Positions 43,064 through 56,420 of a stretch of 64,000 bases of DNA are shown piece after piece. A model generated the notes under the pieces. The model saw nothing but the letters and a program-made list of their open reading frames with translations, was not told the DNA's origin and ran no database searches. The stretch lies in NCBI GenBank assembly GCA_047495785.1, contig JBLDXI010000007.1:3906001-3970000 (forward strand). The letters run 5' to 3'. Origin of the DNA: Lepidodermella squamata. Lineage: Eukaryota; Animalia; Gastrotricha. The translations under genes were made by a program, and so were the position numbers. How positions within the stretch are numbered: position 1 is the stretch's first letter; each line of letters starts with the position of its first letter.

Positions 43064-43702
43064 CTCATCAACAAAGTGCCTTAATCGAAATCTCTCTGTG
43101 CCGCGAGTGAATTCTAGTGTTGACTTAATAGTACTAAATGTGATGATTATTCAAAACCGATTGCCTGCGCTTCTCATGCTATAGTCATTTCTTCTACTCA
43201 GTCGTCAGTGTTTTTACTCGAGAGAAGGAGGAATCAAGTCCTGATTTTATTGCCTAGGAATTACTGAAACTTTTTCTTCAATAAATATTCAAGCTGATGC
43301 AAAAAGCATGACCTGAATGGTGTTGTTATCAATATGGCTGTTGTGCGTGCTCAAAACGAAAATCACTCTTGCGAAACTACTGATGAAGCTATCGATCAAG
43401 ATTCTTATTACGTCTAAATTATAAATGTCGTTTGTTTCAGCGTTCGTACTGTCGGGTCTGTTTCAACTATGAAAATGCGTTTCTTTCTGAGAAAAGATGC
43501 CTGCAAAAACAAACGATGTCATAGCCATTTTCATTCAACCTATTCATTTCTCTCTCGGCGATGCATATATTTGTTCGTTGGTTGATGTTTGACTACTGTT
43601 GGAAAATACAAAACAAGTAAAAAACGAGTCTACGTGATTGACTGGAGTTCTTTTTGCTAAATCTTGAAGTTTTTGGTGTCTTGATAGGGTTTGATCGTTA
43701 GA

Positions 43703-45445
43703 ATGTCGCAGGCTGTTGACGCGTTTCTTAGACGAATTCGGGCGAGCGCGATGCGCCGGCAACACCAGCGTGTGCTCAAGCGACGACAACAGCGGCAGCA
43801 ACAGAGAAATCGGCGGCAAAACAGGGTTGACGTGATCGAACCCGAGCATGAAGACCGGCAAGAACAGAACCCCGAAGAAGAACGGCAACCGCCCCAGGAG
43901 CCAGTGCAAACTCGATCGCAGACGTTGGCTGCAAGACGTTTACAGCAAGAAGTCGCAGGTAAAAATTGAAAATTCGCGAGGATTCTACCCGCGTTTTCCC
44001 CGGAGGTCTTGATCGGATGCAAATGAATAGAAGTCCAGCGTTGTTTCATCTAGAGTGAGCGTCGAAAGTTCGATGAATATAATAAGATGCTACTGGGCTC
44101 TCAAGCTTTAAATTGACTTCGCGACTTTGAAATTTCTATTCAATTATAATTTCAAGATTGAAGATGACTTTTTTCACATTTAAAAAGGCCACTTTCCCTG
44201 CCTATTAGCGGGAAGACGTTTCCACAAGTCAGAATTTGCCAAATTTCAATTCAATTCGATTTTCAACATCTTGGCGGTAACTGTAAAATTTTTTGCTGCT
44301 GATTCTAAGCCGATTTAAAACTTGAGAACTAACTCAAGATGGGCTTACATATCCCTGTTCAAATAGTTTTATTCGTTCTTAAAAAAGTGATCGATTACTC
44401 GGATTTAATGGAATTTAATGAAATTGATGAGAATTTCTGTTAAATTCTATCGTGATCTAGCTTGAAATTATTAAAAGTCGCGTGGAATATTCAAAAATTG
44501 ACCCCGCTTCAACAGTCAATGTATTTCGCTCGAAGTAAGGCAGTCTAAAAACTCGAAAAATTAAAGCTTTTTTATTGGATTTGTTATTGATTTTTACTGA
44601 TTTTTACTGAATTGATTTGAATTATTTTAATGGAGTGCAGTTTGCGACTATTATTTATTACTTTTTATTAGTATAAATCAGAAGTCCGCTCTCGTACCAG
44701 ACCAAATGACCTCCTAACGAAATTGTTTTATTTTTCTACCTCCTCGAGGCATGAAAATGTGATGTTAACATATAGAAAAAAGCCTTACCTGTGAGGTTTA
44801 GGGGACGGTTGACGGCAGGCGATCGGATTCAGTGGCCGACAGATCGGTCGCGAACAACCTGCTTTTACCCAAAAATTCATAGTTTTCGATGCTATTACAC
44901 ACTAATTGCCATTCATCCCGATCTCTGGCAGTTATTTCCGCTAATTTTAGATCCACAATTTTGTGAATTTCAGTGCGTCGCATTACCAGGCTTGACCTAC
45001 GAGGTCTCCCGCGTCTAACTGGCTCATTTGGGTTTTTAATTTGTTTAACATGAATTTCGAACAGACCAACTTTAAGAAGACTCCTTTTCAAGTTATCGGT
45101 TCAGTGGCCGGCAAGCACCAACTCGGGTCGACCGCTTTCCAATAATACATAGCATTTGTGACCAGATCGTACCAGATCACACTGATAAATTTTAACTGGC
45201 CAGCTTATACATTTTTTGTTTATGTTTTTGCAGAAACGCATAGGCTAAATGACAGGTTACGCATGTCTGTGGACCGGCTCGACGCTCTGGTGACGCGAAT
45301 GGAAGCGTTCGCCGACGCGTTCCAGCAGCGCGCCCATCAGCAAATACTCAACGAGCGCAACCAGTCGGAGCTGACGAATCTCGAAAACCGGCTCGAACTC
45401 GTCGAACAGTGCCTCGCCGACCAGCGCCTGCTGCTGCACCGCTAG
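43703..45445 (+). CDS. Orphan two-exon protein (~155 aa), Arg/Gln-rich basic N-terminus and Leu-heptad coiled coil; exons 43703-43958, 45234-45445
   Basis: ATG 43703, donor G|gtaaaa, acceptor ttttgcag; the phase-1 junction joins both ORFs in frame; GC-rich coding texture. Confidence 0.55.
44720..45093 (-). mobile_element. Diverged RTE-type LINE 3' fragment in the intron of the orphan gene
   Basis: RRGRPRR..DLKLAEI..DEWQLVCNSIENYEFLGKSRLF parallels DFQLAEM..DEWRMIVNSIENYEFFGKSKIF. Confidence 0.7.
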
Positions 45446-47159
45446 TCAGCGCCGTCGTCGTAGCATCTCATTCTAGCTACACAACAGACAGGCCGCTTTT
45501 AGTTTTTAGACCAAAACAATCAATTCGAGTGTTTTTATAGTCATACAAATCTGTCATTATAATATGTTCAGATCTTGCTACCTAAAACAATTTACGAGCT
45601 GCTCAGGTGAAGACGGTGATGAGGAAGGTGAAAGGAGGTGGAAAATGGGCAGCCCAGCCGCTCCCGTTCTTCCACGCGAATACATGCTTTCTGCTCAACT
45701 ATTTTTTTGTCCGCTGTGATGACGGCCAACTTGGCCTGTCCGATAATCGATGATCGTGCTCAGTTTAATAAAGCTGAAAAATGCCGCTAGCGGTGATGTA
45801 TTACACACAATTTTTTGGTTTGATTGATTTTTAACTGTATAAACTGGCGTTGTCTCTTGTTTACACTTCTGTGGTAATCAATAGCGGAAATTGAAAGCGT
45901 CAGGCGGCGGCTATCATTCGCAGGTTTTGTTGCGGGGCCGCGAACAGGTGGTTCTGATTGGTACAGCATTCGATGAACACATGTTGCACCGCATTTCTCT
46001 GATTTCTCTCGGCGAAAATGTCATATAATCTTTACCCTCTGGACTGCACCTGTGACGCTTGCCCGTTATTAGGCTGCGTTTCCTTTGTCACGATGTACAA
46101 GGTTGACGATGAACTATCGTACAAGAAAACAAAATCATTCTCCGGCCCATTGCCAAAGTACAACAAAAGCTTGTAGAAGGAAGTTCCTGTGAGATTTTGA
46201 AATAAGATGTTTTTCATAATGATGAGTCATTTGCTAGTTTCGAGAGAGGTTTCAGGTACGTAGACATCCTGAAAATCCTGTCTGGATTCTGCTTGGCTAG
46301 GAATAACAAAAATACTTCCACACTCTTCATCAGCAAGTCCAGCTTCGAAATGTAGACTCTTGAAATGATCAGTCACTGCAGTCTGAATGATCAAGGTTGA
46401 CGAGAAAAGCGTCGAGAAAAGCTGCAATCTTCGGCAACAGTTGCATTGAATGATCAATGCGATCGGAATTTATCGTGTGCGAATGTGTCCAAGTTGAGAA
46501 AAATGAATCGAGGCAATTTGAATAAACATTTCTAACATTAAAACGTTTTCTGCAATTTACAATTTGAAGATAAATAATAACTAATACCTTTGAAAAATTT
46601 GTTGTCTTTGAATAAGAATTTGTTCCAATCTGTCAACTCGAGAAAAATAAGTAATATTGCATGCATTTTGCCACTTTTTAAAACTGTTGTGAAATTTATC
46701 GTTTTTTTTTCAGAAAAAGATTCAACTGAAGCAAGTTTGGCGCGGCTGGCAAGGCTATCAAACCATCGAACATCGAAAATCATCGACCACGAACCGCTGC
46801 AGCAATGACAACCCAGCGATCCTCGAGTTCGAAATCTGATGTTCGCAATCATCCATCAAACAAGCTAAATTTGGCAAAAATGACTTGATTTGCTGATCAA
46901 CTACTAATTAATTCTATATTATTCTGGCTTTCTCATCCGGCGGCTATCATACGATTAATAAAATCGAGAGCAACACAAACAGGCTTCTGACAGTATTGGA
47001 GAAATGAAATCAAGGTGTTTGATGTCTATTATCCGGATCCGGCATATCATATTTAGTAGACTTCATCGAGAGTTTAGGGCCGGAGTAACACTCCTGCGAC
47101 CCGAGAGATCAAGACCCCAAAGCCCTAAAATTTTCTGACCAGGAATATGGTCCTATGGC

Positions 47160-47519
47160 GGAGCTTGTGGTGTAGTGGTATAGCCTCTACATAGCTACGC
47201 AAGCCCTAGAGAGCGAGGTTCGATTCCCGGCGACAGCAGTCGTTGCGGAAAAAAATCGAACTGGATGAGCGTCATCTATAGTCCACTCGCTTTCGGGCCT
47301 GCGGTCGACCAAGCCGCTAGAAATTGGTACCGCTTTGCTGGAATGCTGCGAACACCTGGCCCCGGATCCAGCATGCAACCCTCGGTATGGGTTCCAATTT
47401 ACGCTCAGGGCCGAGAAAAGGATATGAGCGCCTCAGTATGTTCCGACAGGTCATATCATTTGGTCATATCCTTCCGTATTGCAGGAACGAAGTCCGCGTG
47501 GCCACATGGCATAAATACC
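47160..47519 (+). mobile_element. tRNA-derived SINE
   Basis: A box TGGTGTAGTGGT, B box GGTTCGATTCC, no intact cloverleaf; body contains GGTCGACCAAGCC..AAATTGGTACC. Confidence 0.7.
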
Positions 47520-47521
47520 TA

Positions 47522-47676
47522 CCGTCAACTGGGTCAAATACCTACCGTCAACGTTGACGTACCAAAATGGGGTGACTTTGGCGTACCAAAAATCAAAGAT
47601 GGTAGGGTAAATACCCCACTCGTGGGGTACCGTAAGTCACCCCATTTTGGTACGTCAAAGTCACCTCAGTTGACAG
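47522..47676. mobile_element. TA-flanked pogo-like MITE
   Basis: TA|CCGTCAACTG...CAGTTGACAG|TA; internal inverted arms GACGTACCAAAATGGGGTGACTT / AAGTCACCCCATTTTGGTACGTC. Confidence 0.7.
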
Positions 47677-49023
47677 TAGTTGTGAGGCGGCGGTTTTTTC
47701 GTTGTTTCGTCGTTTCAAAATGGAAGAAAAAATGAAGAAAAATGAAAGAAAAAGTAGGTATTTGGAGGGTATTGACCCATGAGGCGAGTCCACTGCGCAA
47801 TACTGCAAGATCATGGTAGTCATCCTATTCCGGCAATTTTACCAAACGAGCGATATACATATAAGCAGTTTCGGTCAATCTCGGATAGGAAGGCTCCTGT
47901 TGTATAATTGGGCAATTGCCTATCCTGACACCGCTAAATGATTTTTTACAGTATATACATTTACAAAAAATGACCCCGAATTACTACATGTTTTTACGTG
48001 TTTTTACATTTTACCACCCTGCGTATAGTGGCCTCAACCCATGGTTCTAACCCTGAAGGTCCAGAGTTCGAATCCTTCATTTACAAGGTCTTCTTTTCTC
48101 GCGGCAGTTTTTTGTGAGATGGCGAAGCGACGAAGCGACGATAAACCGTCGCCTCAGAACCTATTCATGCTATTCACGCTATTCATGCCATGTGATCATG
48201 TGGACTGTGATCCATGATCCATACGGAAGCACAAGGCACAGCATGCAGCAGTTGTCTGACTATTTGCCGGTGACGCCGATGCGTCCTGCGAATGGAAGAA
48301 ATCGAGATCTAGTGGTAATGTTGCAGAATTTTTGGTGCTCTCGAATGGCCGAATCCCACCCTGACAATGTTTAAAATTTGATCGATTTTGATTTTTGGCC
48401 AAAATCATTGGCCTGGCAAATCAAATCACAACCAAATCACGAGGAAACAAAATCAAATCGTTGTAACCTTCGTTGTCGGTGCGATAAAAAACAAATTTCC
48501 GAGCATATCATGCATGAGTGCACATTGGTGCGATTGCACGATGATGGATGGGTATAATTCATGGCCCCAATAGAGCGCCAAAGGTGACAATTAAGCGCAC
48601 GAACTGTGATGGCTCCATGGCTCATGTTCATTGCGTAATGACAGCATCCAAAATCTGCCCAATGTTTCATTGGCTGAAATTCGCTTCTGGCCTACGGCAC
48701 AGAAACATTAAACGTAAGATACGTGAAGGTGAATGCCATGTGTTCGTACCTAAAACCTAATGCCGGAGATAGCTATTGTAACAGACCGAATAATAGCAAA
48801 AGACAACGTTAAACAAAACTCTCTTAGATGGTAAATTAGTATTTAATATTGGCTTTAATAGCCTGAATGGCGTCCGAACACAGACGAGGGGCGACACGTG
48901 CTATTGCTGGCACGAACGCTAATTGAAGATTGAAGATGGAAGGGCATAGGGCCCGTGACGAACCTCTCAATACACATAGGTACGCTGTATCAGATACAGA
49001 CTCGTCCATAAACTCGAATGTTA

Positions 49024-49759
49024 CCGTAACGAGGGGTATCTTTGGACAAAACGTGTTTTTCGAACATTAAAAATCATAGCCTTTACTCCTAAATTTCTGA
49101 AATTTTCTGCAAAGCTGGGCAATTTGATTCTAGAATTTACTGCCAATTTTTCGAATTCTTCTATTTTTACTTGATTTTTTGTAAATTGAAATTTGTTTGG
49201 CTGACCTTAGAGAGGAGGGCAATTTTCGACGCTTATTTGCATGTGCAATAGCATTGTGCGTTTTCACATTTTTGTTGACTTTGAATTGGAAAAAATACGT
49301 TTTGCGGCGCCGCAGTCTTTATACAGTCCGAAATTTCCCGATTTGTCACCTGAACGCTCTGCGGAGACCAATCGTCAGATTTTCATTTTCTTTTCGAGTT
49401 ACTATGAGAATATAGTATGGGAGTGCCCATGCCAAATTTTGACCCGAGCTGATTATTTTTTAGGAAGATACGAGGGGGTCCCACATCAACATCGGATATT
49501 GCACTGCTTATAGCATTTCCCAAAAATCAATTATACTCAATTTCCAAAAATCCAAAAATCAAGTTCCGAAAAGTCAAATTCCCAATGATCACCGGCCTCG
49601 CAGCATTCGAAAGCTCGAAAAACCATGCGAAAAACGGGTAGTTTTATGCAATAAATGCCGTAATTTTGTCATTGTCATGTCTTGTAAAGCTATTCAGATG
49701 CAAAGAAACAGTGTCCAAAGTTACCCTGTCAACAATCGGTTATGGTAAACACGTTACGG
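49024..49759. mobile_element. TA-flanked pogo-like non-autonomous element
   Basis: TA|CCGTAACGAGGGGTATCTTTGGACA...TGTCCAAAGTTACCC..CGTTACGG|TA; the right TIR is interrupted. Confidence 0.6.
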
Positions 49760-51833
49760 TATTTCTTGTATCTTTTTTTGAGAGCGGTTGCTTCGAATAA
49801 AAAAACTTTCAGCGGTTGGAATCAAACCCACGTCTTTCGCAGAGCAGCTGCTGATAAGCATTGAATGCACCAATTAGCCGCCACGTTATTTTGACTCTAA
49901 TGATAATTTTTCCTACAGACAGGCATAAAAAATGAATCGCATGATCAATTGTTAAGGCTAAAGAGCCAGGAGAACTTCTTGCTCCACTTTTTTTTACGCT
50001 GCCTTGTTTGTTGAGCGTAATCATGAATAGAGCAGTGAAATTCTCACATTTTCAAACAATAAAAGAGTGATTCCCCAATAAAGTTATAGCGGTAGTTTGT
50101 TGTTCGTTATTCGTATCGCCGCGTTTGTTTAGTTGGTTTAAAGTCACTTATGTAGGCGACTCGAATCCCCGAATCCCCAATGCTGTGCTCTGTGCTACGA
50201 TTTTCATTCGGAGCAATCGCTCTCATAAAAGATACAAGGAAAAAACGGTCGGTGAACGGGTCCGATCTTCATTTTGTGTGGTATTGCATACAGGGGGAAG
50301 AGGGAGAAAAGATATACAGGAGAACAGATATTATAGCGATAAAGCGTACGAGTTTGTGTGGGCTGCTTCCCACTTTATCCACTCACGAATTCAGCATGAT
50401 GGTTCCCCAAGCTTTGGAAGTTTTGGAATGTAGAATTTCACTTTGAATTTTCTTTCTGCGGCAGTTTCGCCATCAGTGAATTTTGCAACCAATTCCTGAT
50501 CCAGAATTTGTTCCACAGTGACTTGTGTGATAGGCTCCGTCGACTCTTCCGAACAAAAAACAGAAATGGTTTCTCTGCTTCTCCATAAGTCCATTTCGTT
50601 CCGGCGAAGGGCTTCAAGGATATTGCTGTCCAAACCGGTTCTGAACTTCTTAGTTTTTCGCTGCCCATTCTCCTCGCAAATATCACAGAAATAAGCCATT
50701 GTAAAACACCTAGATAAAAACAGTATAACATTGAGAAAATTGAATATTTTGTGAGCGTCTGATGACGGTTACATGGCCAAATATGCCAAATAGTATTGAC
50801 GTCACTGGACAGTGTCAGGCAGAACAATAGCTCAGGGGCGCCACCTACGATACCAGCGGCTAACCATCATGCCTTTCTCGCTTAACGTGTTATGCCCTTG
50901 GACAGTTTATGTGAAGAACTTTGAACGCGACTATCCGCGGCTCAAATTTTAGAACACGTCATTTAACAGCTGAACGCGCTAACCAATTGCATTTGTGCCT
51001 ATAGCGCCGGCAGGTTTGTGCCTATATAAATAAAACTACGATATGCTAAAACTCATCATTTGAAACTTTTATATTGGAGCAAGTGTAAAAAATGCATGCC
51101 CGCATTCACGTTAGGATGCTGTCCAGATTGGCATTGAAAGCCCATTCATCGTTACATTACTCATGGTTTGCCATTTCACCAAGCTAGCAATGTTATTCAA
51201 TAGCCCTGATAAACGCGTTACGACAATCTAGCAAAACAAGTGATGAAACGACAATTTTGCAAAACATGACTAAAATCGAAAAAATTGCAAAAATGGCTCA
51301 TTTGACAGTAAATTATTTTTCTTCGAAACTATATAAACGACAATCGAGCTACGACAAAATTTGAAGCCGCAAATTTCGAAAAAGTAAAAGTTTCGTAAGA
51401 CATTCCCGCAAAAACAACTCCAGCTTTAATTGCAAAAAATGAAGGGGGAATTTCGATTCTCAAAACTCCCGACAAAATTGCAAAGTATAATTTAACAGCA
51501 ACATAATCGTATGCTAATTTTAATACATTACTAAACGCTAACTTCTACTTGAAAAATCCTTTATAATATGATTAACGATTAATAAAATCGAGGGCGACAA
51601 AAAGCGACTTGAATTATTACCTAGTCGTACTTCAGGAATTATTCATGATATTGCACATAACAGTTAATAAGGTTATTTCCGTCGCCGGCAAGTTTCGGTG
51701 ATTTTAAGGTTATTACCAGCTTTTTGGTTATGGAAATAGCCACTTTGGTTCCGCAAGAGAAAAAAAGGTTCCGTTAAAAGATATCCTAATGAGTATTTGG
51801 AATTGAACAATTTGGATAGTTACCGTTAAGTTA

Positions 51834-52209
51834 CCGTAATTTGGGGTGACTTCGACATGTCAAAAAATGGGTGACATTGGCCTCTCAAATATCGGAGCCG
51901 GCAAGGTAACGACCCCATGAGTGGGATACCGCTGGAGAGCCCAAGGAAAGCCAGGCCTAGAGGTTTAAAATGTACACAAATCCGACTTATTACCGAGTAT
52001 AAAATGGCTGGTGAAGTTGGGGTAATTTTTTTTAAAGTTCGATTTCCGGTAGAATTTGGATGACTAACCGAAGGAATTCATGCGGTCAAAGTCGAAATCG
52101 AATGCCATTTTCGAACCACTCAGTTCACAGGCTATCCAACGATATCCCACTCATGATATCCCACTTCACGCTGCCGGATTCGATATTTGAGTGATACAAA
52201 GTCACCCCC
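51834..52209. mobile_element. Foldback / pogo-like MITE
   Basis: TA|CCGTAATTTGGGGTGACTT start; inner arms CTCAAATATCGGAGCCGGCA..CATGAGTGGGATA pair with TATCCCACTCATG..TGCCGGATTCGATATTTGAG..AAAGTCACCCC. Confidence 0.6.
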
Positions 52210-52682
52210 ATCAGCATCTAACATGCGTTTCGGGTGACTTAGACAACTGTTACCTGTCCACTACAATTCATGCTTGTACCTGATAACAACTTAGGATGTC
52301 TATTGTACATTTTTCGAACAGTATAAGCAGTATCACCACTCACATTTTAGGCAGGGATACTGCAAACATCTGAAGTTGCAAGTTCTGATGTTTTGAAAAA
52401 TGAAAGGTTCAAGATGGCATCTTTTCATCCTTTATCACGGCATATTACTGAGTAGTGAGTGTAAAAAACACGAACACAATCTATTCAGTTCAGCTTTTAT
52501 TCGCAACTCAAATAAGACAGTTCAATCACATGTTGTCATTCAGTTTTAACGTGCTTGAAACACACACTTTTTCACCTAGAATATAACATTGCTGTAGATA
52601 TCATTAAAGAGAGAGCAAAATGGGAGCAAAATTCACAGTTATTTTCCTCGGTCGCATATCACTGGGCTGGGAATGTTTTACG

Positions 52683-55441
52683 TTAGACGGCGCCCTGGGC
52701 AACCGCGGCCGCAGTCTTCGCCGCACCGGGCTGAACAGCAGTCGTCGCATTCGCCGCCTGCAGATGCACCATCTGCTCCTTGGCGATCAAATGGCAAGCG
52801 TGGTTCACCAGCGACGTCAATTTATTGACGTTAAACGACCACTCATTCAACGTTTCATCCGGGCTGGCACGACGCGCTTCGGAACCGAACGCAACCACGC
52901 CGGACAAACGATCCAGCTTGGCGTCGACCGTCTTCGAAACGACCAGATCACACAGGAAACGCTCAGTCTCCTCCGGGGCGAGGTCCAACAGCTGGGCCAT
53001 GCGCGGCAGACGAATGGCGGTGTAGTACTTGGACATGACGCGAATGTTGTGCTCGACCACGCGGTTTTTGAAAATGCCAAAACGGCGCTTACCGTCTTCG
53101 GTGGTGGCGGCGAAGACCGCGGCAACTGCCGGGTCGGCGCGAACACCGGTGTCGAGTTTCGGCGCCAGCTCAGACCAGACGATCAGCTCGTTGGTCGTGA
53201 ACAGGGTCAGGAAATCGGCGTACAACGGCAGTCGCTCGAATTCCGGGTCCGCCTTGATCCTGGCGACCAGATCCGCCTGCTCGTTGTCGTAGGGGGCGAG
53301 CAGCGCGTACAGGACAATGTGTTTCAGGACGTTGAGCCGCTTTTCTGGGTCGGCCTGCACGCCCGTTGACTCGTAGACGGCGCGGTAGTGCTTGCAGACG
53401 GTGAGGGCGCGGTCTTCGTGCGAGTCGAGCCGGATCATGAGGTCGTAGAAGTTGAACTTCAGGTCTTCGGTGCCTTCCTCTTTGAAGTACTTGACGTTGA
53501 TTTTACGCGAGATCATGCTGGTTTTCAGGTATTCGCCCGTTGCGAGCGTCAGGCGCATCTGCTCGAGTAAGAACTCGGTCTTTTCGCGCTTCTCCATCGT
53601 GCCATACGTTTCAACCTTGAAAAATCAATAAATCGATTAGAAATTCAACGAACTATGCCTATAATAATGAAGCTACCCCGTAGTAAAATTAGAAAATAAA
53701 AAAAAATAAAAATAAAAAAATGAACCGCATGCCACTTGCTCGAGTTCAATGTGACTCTGCCACGGCCTGGAGTCGAACCAGGGTCACCTCGGCCACAACG
53801 AGGAATACTAACCACTATACTACCGTGGCTAACATCGCGGTATGAGAGAGGGCGCGCAAAACGGCTCTTATTACGGGCCTATCCTCGTGTATATAATTTC
53901 AGCTGGGCTGCACTTGTATTTATCAGCAAACAACATACTTATACATTAATGATACTAGTGGCTGGAAAGATAAATTAGCTCACATCACGCAGCATAGGAA
54001 CTGCGGATGATTCATCAGGTTGCATGATTCATCATCTAATTTATTGCTATATTCCATGTCAATAGGGAAATATCGAAAAAAATTCGAATAATGCGCTTGA
54101 TAGAAATTTCGGAGTCTTAACATCCATCCAAATAGGTAAATAAATTTTTCCAAATTTTCATTTCAGAAATATTTTACTGGGAAAATATAATACATACTTG
54201 CATAAAGAAATTAACAAGGTACTCGATATTTACTTGTTTTTTCACCTAGAAGTTCTCAGTTGTATTTCGTCACAAGAGTAAGAGTTCAGTAAGAGAATTT
54301 TACATTATGGCATTCTAAAATTGGGAATCAAGGGCTGTAAATATCCAGTGTGTTTCAAGGTGTGTAAGTAAGCGGACAAGTTTACACACCAACATTTTAG
54401 AAATTTTCAATTTTTGTATTTCCTCACCTCCCCAATAGCTTGAAATTACACACCAATAGTACCTAATTTACACACCGAAGCGGTCCTTAAAAAATACATT
54501 TTGTTGATTTTTCCATATTATTCATAATTTTGGTTTTTTGAAGCTCCGATTCAAAATTATTCATGCTCAAATCGTATGTTTCATTTCGGTAATTTCGTAG
54601 ATTGCGAATCGCTACAAATTATACTACTTCACTCAAAAAATTTTGGTAGATCAGAAAGGGGCTGCGATTTGCAAATACACTAGGCTGGTTAACAATGAAT
54701 ACTGACGGAATATTTTTTCAAAGCCCAATTTTAACAATAATTTTCGACAAAAGGACCGGCCGCTCGATTTCTCTCATTTCTTTTCACTCATTTTTTTCAA
54801 TTTCAGCTTCAAATTCAATATTCTTAGAGTCAATCTTACAACAGCCATTTTTTCAAAAAATATCAACAAAATCAGTGAAATTAACGAATATGAATGTCAC
54901 CAACCTGAAGTTCTTGCATGAGAGTCGACGCCTCCTCCATTTTTCCCTCGTTCTCGCGGTACGTCGCCAGAATCTTCGTCAGCCGCGCGCGTTCATTCTC
55001 GACGTAGATCTTGCCAAGCGTAACCGTCCGCAGCGTGTCAATCAGCCGCAACTTCTCCGTGATATCCGCATCGGCGAACTTCGTCGTGACATACTCGCAA
55101 ACCTCCTGGATCATTCGCGTCACAGACTGCTTGATGAGGCCGCGTTTCTTCGTCAACAGCACAATGTTGTCGTTCAACGCGTCGAAGCAGCGATTTTCGA
55201 AGCAGATGCGCACGATGCCGAGCAGGACTTTGGTGGTCGAGTGCGTGTCGCAGCCAGTTCGCGTCTGCTTCTCGAGGCCGTGCAGGATGGCGAGCGCCTC
55301 GTCGAGTCGCGCCTTGTTCTCTTTCACCATCTTCTCGCATTGCGGGATTTTCTCGTCGACGACCGACGAGAAATCGACCTCCATTTTCTGGAGACGACCG
55401 TCCGAGGCGTACATAGGCTCATCTTCGTCATCGGCGACCAT
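52683..55441 (-). CDS. PSMD12: 26S proteasome regulatory subunit Rpn5; exons 55441-54905, 53615-52683
   Basis: LEKQTRTGCD; TLGKIYVENERARLT; QELQ|VETYGTMEKREK; PCI domain RVVEHNIRVMSKYY..LAQ-type helix, AKLDR; HLIAKE. Confidence 0.96.
53758..53829 (-). tRNA. tRNA-His (GUG), inside the PSMD12 intron
   Basis: GCCACGGTAGTATAGTGGTTAGTATTCCTCGTTGTGGCCGAGGTGACCCTGGTTCGACTCCAGGCCGTGGCA. Acceptor stem GCCACGG/CCGTGGC, anticodon stem CCTCG/CGAGG with GTG, T-loop GTTCGAC, oligo-T downstream. Confidence 0.95.
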
Positions 55442-56420
55442 TTTCACGAGGAATAGGAAGGCTTAAAACTTAGTAATAAATACGACCTAAGGATTGAAAA
55501 AGAGCGAGATAAAAATTAGCAATGAAATTAGGGAAATAAGGAAGGATTGAAACATTCATGAAATTTATCAAATTACGTCAAAATCAAATCATTTTCCCTT
55601 ATTTGACAGCTAAATTTTTACCTTATTTTTACCAAAGTTCTTCTACACATCCAAGCTTATGAAGTTGAATGAATAATTTCTGAGGCTTCCCGATAATTCA
55701 ATAATTTGAAATTTCTTGAAAATTCATGAAATTTAGTATTGCCTGGAAAATATGAATTTGACTCAACAATAAAACATAGGTAGTAAAAAAAGAAGCAGTT
55801 AATGCCCTCATTTTGCCGTGAAATGTTTAGAAAATCTACAAAAATTAACTCATTTTCAAATTCCAGAAAAAATAAAAAGATCAAGCGACCATTTTGAGCA
55901 AAAATCGAAAGATCGACTCGAAATCTAATCAAATTTAGGAAATATCAAATGAATTTCGTAAATCAGGAAAACTTCTAGCAAAAAAAAAGAATTTTTAAAT
56001 TTTTTAAAATTTGGAAAATGGGCAAATTTCAGAATTTATTAAAAATTAAGTACGAAGAAATCAACGCATCTCGCTTCCTTTCCAACATTTCAAAATAAAA
56101 AGACCAATTTCTCTTGATAAAACATTTTGATTGTTGTCTTCATTTCACTGTTTTGCTTTCACGCGTCAACCAAACACATTATAGAATAGTTTTTTTTCAT
56201 AAAACAAAATGAAAATAATTCCAAGTAATAATAACTGTATAGTATAGTAATATTAAATTGGGTCGTTGCTCATCAGTATCGTCGAGAAAATATAGCAGTC
56301 GAAAGAGAGAAGAAGTAGTAGAAAAACTAAGCACAGACAGCGCCAGAAATACCGACTAGTTGCTGAGGTGTTTTCTTTCAATACATCGGAAGATTTGGCT
56401 AATGAAAAAAGGCAACCGCA

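Noticed and set aside
44820-45135. Repeated ATCGG(A)TTCAGTGGCCG as a possible ribozyme or TSD
   Set aside because: No hammerhead or HDV fold could be built, and the position does not fit a TSD.
45787-46852. Possible spliced gene from ORFs 46227-46457, 46032-46217 and 45787-45969
   Set aside because: Needs a non-canonical donor; no start codon or recognisable domain established.
50391-50827. Overlapping - strand ORFs (MAYFCDICEE...)
   Set aside because: No recognisable family and no consistent exon chain.
52620-55466. Long + strand ORFs (52620-53369, 54695-55456, 55011-55466)
   Set aside because: Antisense shadows of GC-rich PSMD12 exons; the same applies to shadow ORFs over cofilin, calnexin and the HP1 genes.
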